Positions 21,420-33,400 of a stretch of 64,000 bases of DNA are shown one piece after another (the first letter of the stretch is position 1; every line of letters starts with the position of its first letter). Location: IMG/VR virus record IMGVR_UViG_3300042298_001940; one strand, given 5' to 3'. Source of the DNA: an uncultured virus (IMG/VR IMGVR_UViG_3300042298_001940). Taxonomy: Duplodnaviria; Heunggongvirae; Uroviricota; Caudoviricetes. The position numbers and the translations under genes were made by a program. The notes below the pieces were generated by a model that ran no database searches, was not told the DNA's origin, and saw only the letters and a list, made by a program, of their open reading frames with translations.

Positions 21420-24400
21420 ATGCCCTGTAGTATTGATCAACTTAAGCACATTGCAGACAGATTGTTAAAGCAAGGATATTCAGAGGAAGAGGTTACTTCT
21501 GTTGTTACTTTGATTTCCAAAAGAGATCTTGATTCAGACCTAAGCAAGAAGATCGATTCATTGGTGACCAACCCAATTACGACAGAGGATCAGGATTTCC
21601 TAAGAAAGTCAGTTGCAACCATGATTGCTAATGTTGATAAGGTTGTCACAGGTGGTAGTATACTAAGACTTGATGAACTCCTTAGCAGGGTATTGCCAGC
21701 CGAGGATGTAACTAGGGTAAAGGAACTCATTAAGAAGATCAGAATAGCAGATGGCAATGTAGACCTATTTAGCATCTCCTATATTGAAGATATCGATAAC
21801 CTCATTGAAATGAATAGAAACCTAGGTAGAGAGTCAATCCTACCGATGCTTTTTGATCGGCGTGATAAAGCAGTTCAGAAGATGAACGAGTCTCGTCGCT
21901 ATGAAGATACCAAAGAAGGAAACAAAAGACGGGAAAGAGATGAAGCCCTAAACAAGATCAATCAACTCAAGCACCTTTTAAACTATGTTGAATATGTCAT
22001 TAACATGACAACACCAAAAGGCACCAGTAACAAGGTAAAGAGATACCTAACTGCAAAGGAAAAGATAAAGTCGTTGCAGAAATCACTGAAGACAGAAAGA
22101 TCCTTGGTAAAGAGATTCAAGGCTGGTGTCAAGGGTTTCAAGGAAACAAACCAGAGAATCAAGGAACTTGAGAAAGAACTAAGCGATGCCAAGCAGGAAG
22201 AACAAGTTGCCTTTGAGGACATTGTAAACGACAAGTTCCTTGAACTTTCCGATGGAAAGAAAACAATCAAGCTTAAGTCTGTTGCAAAAGCACAGGAACA
22301 GATCAAGAACGCAATTGAAAGGGAAGCAAAGAAGGTGGATGGGTTTGGTGTCGAGGAGATTTCCAAGCTTACAGCCGCTGCAACCAAGTCATTGGCTGAA
22401 AAACTTGTCCAGGAACGCATTGCTTCTAGAAACATCAAAGCAACCGTAGAAAGAATGAACAAACTTGTTGATTTCTACGAAGAAGAAAAGGAAAAAGCTG
22501 GCGAAACAAGGGATGCAATTGACCATATCTTCATGGGAACCATTGTCGGCAAGGCTGTAGTCGAGCGTTGGTTACGCAAAAACAGAACAAAGAAGGCGGA
22601 AGATGGTTCGATGGAAGTTGACCGTAGACCACTTAGCGTTCTTGCTGCAAAAGACATCATAAACGAATGGAAAGCCCTTGCTTGGTTTGGTGTTCAGGAA
22701 GGCACATTCTCCGACGATGTAGCCACAGCCGTGGATTCCGAACTTGCCTTGCTGGAAAGCATGGTTAATTCGTCTGGAGTGGCAAACCCACTAAGCATGG
22801 ATGTTAACAACATGCGTGTAAAGCAGGATAGAACTGGTGCTGAAGCCGCCATGATGACCAATATTGGCGTAATCCCAGAAGAAAATAAAGCCCAGACAGC
22901 CAGACAGCTGTCCTCCTGGCTTGAGTACACCATTAGAGGTCTATACAGTCTAAGGGCAAGCCCCTTCTACAACGGCACCGTCACATCCAAGGCCATCGAT
23001 ATGGTTTTACACCCCAAACTGTACGATTTAACCATCAATTCAGATAGTCTTGGTTTGGTCAGTGGCAAGAAAAGAAAAATGAACCAACCAAGTAAAGCCA
23101 TGTACCTTGGTCGTATGAAGGAGTTGCTAAAGGATCTTGGAATTGAAGACCCAGAATCCCTACCAGAGTTCAAGCCAGATTTCAGTACTAACAGAAATGC
23201 CATTTCATATGACATCGAAACGGACCCAGTAGACAAGGGTACCAGCAACCCAACAAAGATCATCAGCATGCAGATCAGGGTTCAAGACATTGATTCTGGT
23301 GCTGAGCCAGTAAGCTATGTATTTACCAATGCAGATGATTCCAAGCCACCCGTAAACAACCTTACGGTGGATGGACCAAAGAAACCACTGACCAAGCAGC
23401 AGATTGAATGGGTTCTTCGGTTCATGGAAGAGTATCAAAACAAAGGATTTAAGTTGGTTACCTTTGCTGGAAATAGCTTTGACCTCGGCAAGCTAAACAA
23501 TCCAGCGTTTGTCGATGATGCAAAGCTGGTGACAAGAATCGCCCTACGCAGCTATGACTTACAAAGAAACCTTGGTTTCCACAACAAGGAAAGAAGAAAA
23601 GGTGGGAAATATTTTTCCTCCAAGCCTAAGAATGCTGGTCTCAAGTCAATAGCCAAGAACAACCTACCAGACTCCAGGACAGTAACCGAAGATGGTCGTT
23701 ATGTCGTTACAAACGGAGCCGTATACGAACTCGGTGAAGGTGGAGTTGAGGTTGAGATTCTGGGAAAGGAAGCCGAGGAAAACTTCAACAAGGCAAACCT
23801 TGACAACGATTGGGCAAAGTTCAACCTATATGCCGACAACGATGTTATTACTACTTTGGACTTGTTCAACTACTTCATAACAAACGCCCAGACCAATGTA
23901 TCCATTGTGGATGAAATTGACAGCGGTCTCAGTTATTCCATCATGATAAACAGACCACAGTCCAACATGATGCTTCCTCTTGACGACAATAACACAAATT
24001 CAATTACTTTCAGTGAACTGATGTCCAGCTTTACGGATGTTGACAGCAGAATCAAGGAGTTTTCCCATGATGTCGAGTATGTCGAGGAAATGGACATCAA
24101 CCTTGATAAATTGATCTCGCTATTGGAAACTTGGTACATCCAGGCTTTGTCCATGGATCCAGAATCCAAGGATAAGTTAAACCAGCTACAGAAGGCATTG
24201 ACCGACACCATTAACACCGAAACCATAGTCCAGCAGACTGGCAAGAAGGTAGCCGACAGAATGGCCAAGGCCGTTAAGGAGTCAGCAAAGGAAAACTTCG
24301 CCAGGTTTGGGTATGTACTTGCCATAAATACCGATGAAAACGGAAACCCAAGACTAGACACAGAAGATGAACACTCCTTGTTCCTTCCAGCAGATTCCGA

Positions 24401-27400
24401 GACAGTATACGTTGAAAACCTTGTCGAAGCATTTGTCGATGCACTGAAGACTTCCCGTTCCTTGGATTCCGTTGAAAAGGAAATGGTTGAGAAATTCAAC
24501 ATACGATCAAGACAGCAACACGAAGAACCATCTGTATACTTCCAGAGATTCCTTACACAAGTGCTGAATACCTATTTCCCAATCAACGCTTTGTCTGATT
24601 TTGGCAATGGCAATGTTGACTGGCATCCAGCAAGGGATGTCGGGGTTGCATTGGCCCATGTCTTTACCAACAGAAAGGAAGGCATGTCCTTGGTTGATGT
24701 AAAGACAATGATGGGAACCCAGGGTTTTTCTGGACGACAATTTGCAGCTGAAGAAGCAACAAACAGGGGTGTACCCAGGTTCTTCCTGCTTGACGGAACC
24801 AACTTTGCGTCTCCATGGGGAATCACCGAAGAAGCCTTGATCTATGACAACTTCAGGTTGCTAAGCAGAATGAAAGACATCATGGAAAGAGACCTTACCG
24901 AGGAGGAAATGAAAGACATTGAGAAATGGGCTACAACCAAGGAAGACAGCGATCCAGAGGTCGCCTTGTCCGTTTTCCGAAGAGGAGCCGTTCCTACAGT
25001 ATTCCCAAAGGTAACAAGTAGAGCAGCCTATGATTTCCTACCAAGCCTTTCCGAACGAGAGTTGATGGGTCAGGAGTTCTTGTTTGATATCCCAAGACTG
25101 ATGATGTTCATCAACCACGATGCCTTCTATACACCATTGGCTCAGAAAGGACGGTGGTTGCAAGACGGAAGCATTTACTATGCCGAGGACTTCTTTACGG
25201 CTGGTGCTCCGACCGCTAAGATGATCCTGTCTGGCGCAATTGACCATATTGCTTGGTTAGTCAGCTTTGACAAGCTAAATCCAAACAACAAAAACCTGGA
25301 TAAAGTCCTTCGCAAGGCGTTGTCCGATGGTATCGACGCGGTGATCGCAGACCCAACGGTCCAGGACTCCGCAAACAAAAACGACTACTCGTACCACGGT
25401 GTTCACATCCAGCTTATGCTTTTGTTGTCTGCAAGCGGCGAGCAAGATGTGTTTGACAAATTCCTAGAGGAACTGACCAAAAAACTCGACACCGAGCAAG
25501 AAGCCGATGTCCGTAAGAACTTCGAGCAGTTCAAGAAGGAAAACGATCCAAGAAACAAACTGAATGACATGCTTATCGACTTGCTTGAACAAGCCAAAAA
25601 CAACAGAGAGCAATTCAAAGGCTTGTTTAACTTAAGTGAAGACCAGACAAACGCATTCCTTGAGCTTTTGCCATTCTTGGAAGATCCAACACCAAAAAGA
25701 AAAGAATTCCTAAAAGGAATCATTACACCATCCATGTATTCAGCTGGTTATCAAGGAATTTTCAAGGGTATTCTTGCAAAGGCAGATTCCGCTGGTCTTA
25801 CAAACATCACGGAAAGACATGCTTCCGTTGTTGCGAAAATCGTTACCAATAAGATAAAAGACGAAAATGCAAGATATGTTGATAAGGCAATCGGTATTTA
25901 CGGCAAGACCAAGCAAGGCAAGGACAAGAAACAGGTCATCATTGATGTTCTTTGGGGAATGTCGGCTAGGATTGATGAGGCAAAAATCAAGGAAAATGCA
26001 TTTAAGAACTTCAACAACGAGGTGGATGCCAAAAAGAGAATCGATTCCGCGGTGGCCTATCTCAAGACATTTATTCGGTTGATGGTAGATCAATCCATGA
26101 GCAAGGCTGGCAAGAACGAAGATGATATCAAAAAGGAAAGAGAAGCAAAGATAAACGAACTCAGCGATAAGTACCAAGAAAGAATGAACAAGGCCGCTGC
26201 AATCATGGCAAAACACGACATGAGGGATCCAGATGTAAGGAATGACCCAAAAATCCAAGATGAGATCAACATTGCCTTGATGGGAGACAAGAGATCCTAC
26301 CACACCCACTTGATGCTGCACACCATCGCAAGACGGGCTGCCACTCCATTTAAGTTGCTTGCAGACAAGGAAACTATGGAAATGCATTCGGCCTACGCTG
26401 GCCAGCATATCGATGAGGCGGATGTTACTCCATTCATGAGCAAGACTCTGTTCAATGCCATGGGCCTTGAGCTAGCCAGCGGCAGACACCATATGTTTGG
26501 CAACTATGAGTGGGGACCTCAGGGATCCAAGGCCGCGCAGATACGGGTTCTCCACGGCAGCGATAAGAACGAACTTGGAATCTGGGACATTGAAGAGGTA
26601 TACAAGAACACCGAACGAAATAAAGCCTATAGAGAAGCGTATGTCCGTCAGATCATGCTTGACCTCGCTCCAAACTACTACCCACCAGGATATGATCCAG
26701 AGACAGAAAGCATGGAAAGCTTCTTTGATGCCATGAATAAAAGATCAAGGTTGGAAAGAGCAGCACAGGTAAGGGCGCAAAACACCCTTGACATCAATAG
26801 AATCATTGACAGAAATGATCCAAATGCCAGAAAGATATCAGACACGGCGGAAAAACTAGAAGAAAACAACTTCAAGAGCAGACTTGGTTGGATCCGTGGC
26901 AACTACCAGAGAGACCGTTCAAAGCCAATTGTATTGGATCCAACCGTCAGCGGCCTTGCTGCGTTGCGTCCCCGTCATGCAAACATCGATTACACCCAAC
27001 GGGGCATGTATGCCTTGATCGGCATGATGAAAACCAGAGAAATCGAACAGACCGAAATGTTCAAGAGAAACAAGTTGGTCCAGGAAGCACCCAAGGATGG
27101 GGACCCAAACAACATCATTCCAAAGACAATGCGTGGTTTTGTGAAGACAACGGACAAAAGAAACATGCCGTATGTCCCCCACCAGTCAGGAAACATGATA
27201 ACCTCCCTAACGATCAGTCCAAACAGAGAGGTTGAGATAGAGGCGGTAAGGCTTAGAAACACCCTTACAAACTTTGCCGTTGACAACGGTCTTGAGGACA
27301 TGCTTAAAAAAGGCGAGTGGACAAGACTGTGGATGATCAAGGAATGGCGAAGACAGGGTCTGGAAGGTGCCATCTACAGCATGAAGAACCAGAACAAGAG

Positions 27401-30400
27401 CGATCTATCTTCCATGATGCTTAGCCGCATCAAGATGTACGAAGCGATATTCAAGTTGATGGGAACAAACGCCAGAGCCTATAGCCCAGAAAAGACATAT
27501 AGCACCCTGGATCTTATGGCTAAACCAGAGGATGTCAGCTTTACCGCCGATGAGATCGATGAACTTCGCAAGAACTTCCCAGATGGCCTAAGATACCTTG
27601 ATTTGCTCCGTCACATCTCTGGTAGGTTCGATAGGTTGACTGGTCTGGCAAACAACAGGCCATTGGTTGCGGTCCCAGGTATCATCGCAAGAGGCAATCC
27701 TGGGCTTATTGTAAACGAACCAGCATTGAGATCCTTGTCGGCATTCAGCATCGAAAACAACAACAACATCTCCATGATGTTGATCATGACCGATGTATTC
27801 CAGGAAGAAGCGGAAAAGGAATACAAGGATGATCCGTCAATTCCAAGGGATTCGGCTGGCAACATCGCCCTTTCAATGATTCCAGCCGATAAGAACAAGT
27901 CGATGAAGATCTTTGAACGGGTGCTTGCCCGAGCCAACGATGTGGCATCTGAATGGGGTACAAGAAAGGATATTGTGATGGTATTTTCTCCAGAACAATT
28001 GGAAGAATATAACAACACCCAGAAGGAAGTTGCCAAGCAGGGAGAGAACCAACTTACATTGCAGATGCCTTTGACATCAAGTACCCATGTGTTCAACCAA
28101 GTTAGCAATCCAGATACCTTGTGGTATTTCACACCAGACATGGTAATCCAGTTCCTTAACTCCTTGAGAAACGACGACCCAATTACAAACTACGAACTTG
28201 GTTGGCAAACCAGAAAGACAGTTGGTTTTGTCCGTACCGATGCCGATATTTTGGTGATGGAAGAGCAAAACCAGTTGATGGACAACCTTGGCCGCAGCGT
28301 CGATCTGTCCCATCAAGCTCTGGTCCTGCTACATACCTTGGATCCATCGCCAGACAACAATACCCTGTTGTACCAGAACAACTACAGAAAACTAGATAAC
28401 ATGGGCAACCCTACGATGACATTGGATGCCACCGCATATCTCGGTAGTTCCTTTGAAATCAACCTGGAAATAGACGGAACAGAGCAGTCGATAGCCATAA
28501 GCTTGGAAACCGCCATGTTTGCAACGGACATTCTTTCTGCAATCACCAGGGCTAGAAAACTAGGGATGTACGAAGAAGCCAATAAGTTGTCCTTATTCTT
28601 GTACAATGAGTTGACGGAACCAAGCGTTGACATTTCAAAAGATGCAACAAAGATCAACCCAACTAAGGACATCGTCATAAAAGCTGCCGTATTGAAGTCC
28701 CGTTTGGATGGGCTGAACAATGTACCAGTCTACCGAATCAGGGAAATCATAATGAGTACCCTACAGACCGAGATCAGCGCAGAAGATGCAAAGAATGCTT
28801 TTGAGATGGCCCATGATGTGTCACGGCTTATCCAGAAGATTGCGGATACAAATCCAGACCAAAACCAGAAGATGAACTATGTTGCAAATGCCTTGCTCAG
28901 CAGAAGAGAGATGGCTGAGGAAGGCGTGGAAAACGACTCTTCATTGCAGGGCATGATCATACAGGCTGTCGGTGCTAAGGATACTCCGCAGGAAAGAAGC
29001 AAGGCAATGAGAGCCTTGTACATTGCCCAACAAGACCTAAGTACGGTACCAGAAGACAGGCCATTCGGGCATCTCCCATGGGATGCAAGAAAGGATGTAG
29101 CCAGGTTTGCAGACCAAGACGAATTCATCAGGGCATTTGGCGATAGCGGTCGTGGTATCGTGGACCAGTTGAACGGCATGGTGTCAATGGGCTACATGAG
29201 CAGACGGGTTGCGGACATGAAGATGATCCTCATAGGATCGTTGGCCATTGTCAACCCAGACATCCTAAGCGATCTTTCCCTTGATGCCTCCGAGTTTGAC
29301 GGCCAGACATACGCTAGGATGGCAAAGCAAAACGGAAAGTACAGCATCGGTGTAAACATCAAGGCAATGGAAACAACACCAGAAAACGAAATGTTGTTGA
29401 AGTTTGCGGAAGAACTGGTCCACCTTGCAAGAGTAAAGTACATGGCCGATGGCTCCGAGGAGTACAAGAGAATCCAGGCTGTCTTCAGGTTGCCCAACTC
29501 AGAAGGCATGATCAGGGAAATGTTGTTAGCAATGCACAATGGAAAACCATACGCAGCCATCGAACAAGATGTTCAGTATGCAATGGACAATACGGATGAA
29601 TTCCTGGCTCACTGGGGTGCTGTTGTCCTATTGTCGGAGACGGTATACAGCCCAGATACCTTGGTCAAGCTTGAAGCCAAGTATGCCCCAGTAGAGATGA
29701 CAAGTAATTGGTTCAAGAGAGCGTTCTTCAAGATTAAGAACATCGCCATCCGTGCCTTGAACATGATGAGCCAGATGTCGTTGGATCGCAAGTATTCAGA
29801 CAGCTTTAATGAAATGTACGATGTCATGCAAGGATTGATCGGACAAGGATTGACCGATAGACGGGATGTAGGAAATCCAGACATGGCCTTTAATGCGGTG
29901 TTTTCAATCAAGACCGACCAGGTTCAGGTGACCCCAGGAATGTACATGGACATGCGGGTTGCCGTGTTTGAGAAAAACAGGTTGAATGGAAGAATACGGG
30001 CTGGCGATGCGACACCAGCCGACGAAACGCAGTTAAGAACCATAGAAGACACCCTTAATGATCCAAAAGCAAATCCACTTGGAATCATGGGAATGACCCT
30101 TTCCCAGGTTGTCGAGGAAATGGAAAACATTAGTAGATCCGAAAGCGGAAACATTGTCAGGATCAAAAATGGAAGCTTGGCAAACAGAGCTATCCTCCAA
30201 AAAGCCATGACACATTACTTTGGACAGAGAGGCACCAGAGTAGACAACTCAGGAACCTTGGGTGGAACGATAAGAAACATGTTCAGGGGTGCGGATGACT
30301 TCATTTCGTTACAGATCCAGAACAGACTGCTACAGTCATTCAACAACTCAAACCTGACATACAACTCACCAGAAGCAATACTTGTGTTTATTTCGGATGC

Positions 30401-33400
30401 AATTGACAACACAGCCGTAACCACCCAGTCTTCATACATGCCTTCCCAGACCCAAGGTGGTTTTGAGGCTCATAAGGAAGGACTGAAGTTATATGTAAAC
30501 GATATCATTCATACGGCGCTTGGGATCCAACACAAACACAAGGAACAGGCAAATATCGATGCCATCCACCGCAATGCTGGGTTGATTGCGGCTGGTCTTC
30601 CACTTGATGCCTCGTTTACCAACCCAGACATGATCGAAGATGCAAAAAGACTGGGTAATAAGATCAAGCTATTCAATAACCAACTAAGATCCAAACTGGT
30701 CGAATCCAGAATCAAGGATACGGGAGACAACCTGGATGCAATCGGATTGAAGCTGGTAAAGTCAACGCAGCTGGAACAAGAGCAAAGAGACATGGGATAC
30801 AATGCCGTTGTCAATGCAATGCGGGCAAAGTATCTGAACAACCTCGACAACGACAGACTTGATTCGATTGTCAATCCATTCATGATGTACATCGCTGGAT
30901 TGCTGGTCAATCCATCTTCGGACAAAAACTCACTACAGAGTGCTGAGTTCAGGAATGAGATCATCAAGTTTACCAAAAACCCAAACAATGCTGCTATAAA
31001 CGCAAAGGAAGCATCCATCAAGAATCTGGTAAACATGGCTATGGTAATCAGGTTGCAGAAGGAAAAGCAAATGTATCCAAGCAGAACCATAGGAGACATC
31101 CAAACCAAGGTAGCCAGGGATCCATTCTATCTCAACGAAGAGATAATAGAAGCCAGCAATAGATTCATCGTTGCCACAAGAGAAAACTCATCTAGATTCA
31201 ACACGGCCTTCAACAACCTCACGAACACCGAGATACAGTTGATCCATGCTGCCGTCAGGGAAGTGGTAGCAACCAGAGAAGGAGATGAAAGTTCATTGGT
31301 TGCAACCAGAATCAAGGAGATAAAGAGCAACAAGGAATCGTTCGGGTACTATCAGGGCAAGAGCAACTACTATCCGCGCAGAACGGATCTGTCAAACCCA
31401 ATGTTCATCCTTGCCGACCAGTTCCTAGGCAAGCTTGGATCGACGGCCTATCTATTCTTAAATAGCGGACCAGACCTCACATACGCGGACATTTTCTTGA
31501 ATCCAATAGGAATAGATCCAAGAGACCAGCAGTATCTACAGCGAATGTTTGACGATGACATTCCGACAATCCAGCAAAGCCTGATGAGAGGACAGGGATA
31601 CGATGCAATCCAGAGAATCATCGTCCAAAAGATGACTGGCATAGAAGGTGCGTACTTCTCCATCTCACAGCTCATTGATATGTTTGAGACAGAGGTACAA
31701 GCACGGGGTCTGGCCCACAACAACATGCGTGTTCAGAACTTTGATAATAGAAGAGACGATCACAGGGAACAAACCTTGTTGAATGGATTGCAAAAACTGA
31801 GGGTTGCCAACAGCAAGGCAAAGGAAGTTCTTGGCGTTCGGGAAGAAAACCAACCACTAATCGATGCGATTAACAAGTACGGCCCGATTGCAACGACCCT
31901 GGCCTACGGACCCAACGCAGCCTTGGCCACAACACTGGTGGAAGGAACCATGGGTGCCTTGGAAAGCGTCCTACAGGGAGCTGCTGGCGGAATGGCCACA
32001 TCCCCGATCACATTCCTTTTTGAAGCATTCAAGATGAACATGGACTCAAGCCTGAGGACAGTCCAGAAGATCGTAGATAGACGGGACGGCAGAACATCGT
32101 TCTTCAATGTAGATCCATACTTGCTAAGCAAGACGGCGGAAAACGCATTGTGGATGATGGAAGAAACCACATCACCGCAAATCCCAGGCCAGCTTACCGT
32201 CAATGCCCTGAGCGCCGATGAAAAGGCAAATATGAATACTTTTGACAGATTCATGGCATTCTCAAGAAGAGCATACTCGGATCCAATGAGATCTTTAAGA
32301 GTTGCAGCCGAGAATCAGGCAAACAGGGGCGTTGTGGAAAGACTGAGGGATGGATCCTTGGTCAGGTTGCGGGACAGCGTGAACCGAATCCTAAGGGACA
32401 ATCCAAGTCCAAGCAACGAAGTACTAAGGGAAGTCCTGAGGGATGCAGGGGTGCGTATGGATGTCGAACTGATGCTCATCTACGTCAGGTCTGGTATATT
32501 CGTACCTGGCCGCATCGAAGCACTACAGTACACCATGTCTCAAGCACCAACCAAGACAAACAGGATCATGTACCAGGTCATGGCAGACATCGAAGCAGAC
32601 CTTAGGCTAGGAACGACATACGATGGTGTTACGATCACCCCAAGCCTGATGCACGATGCAAGACTCAGCATGGCAACCCTGTCCAAAGCATATGCAAACC
32701 TAAGCATAGTCATGGACCATCCATTGGATGGCACCGCTGCATCCGATGGCCTAAGCGTTGTCCTTACATTCTACAAGTCGTATCCAACCTTGTTCATGGC
32801 TCAGCAGATCTACAGACGGGGAAGCGTAGCCCCAGCGTTCAGGCACGGCATCAGGTTGCTTACCCATGCAATGCTTGACATGATCTATAACATCCTGTTG
32901 GCCTTGGCAAGCGGCTGGTACAAGTGGGAAGAACTCATGGAACGGATAGAGAAGGGAAACATTAACTACACCGAGCTAGCCAAGTTGGTATTGAGATATC
33001 CCGTGTTCAGCATGAACAAGGTTGGATTAGTCAGTCAGTTGTTGGTAACCCTTGCAACAGACAAAATGAACAAGAACAGCATAATAAGCTCAGTCGGTGA
33101 ACAAGCCATCATAAACACGTTTTTCAACATGGGTAAAGCCGTAGAGTCATACTATTACTGGGCTACTGGTCAGGTAAGCAAGGAACACCCAGGTGTTGCC
33201 ACATACGCAGCACTCAGGGGATTCCTAAGTGCAGTCCCAGGAAACACACTGATCAGGATAATTCTTGAGCAATCCTTTGGTCAGTCTGGAACCACAGGCA
33301 CAGCCACCAGACTGCCAGCCGCACTCATGAGGCAAGTTGACATGGTTTCAGATGAAAGACCAATGAAGGAATTCGTCCGAACCCTGTTCCCAGATGGCGT

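Noticed and set aside
23190..26800. Giant protein as a second family A DNA polymerase
   Set aside because: Despite the exonuclease and DYS, motif A lacks the steric-gate Glu and no HDE motif C was found; an RNAP-like reading fits better.
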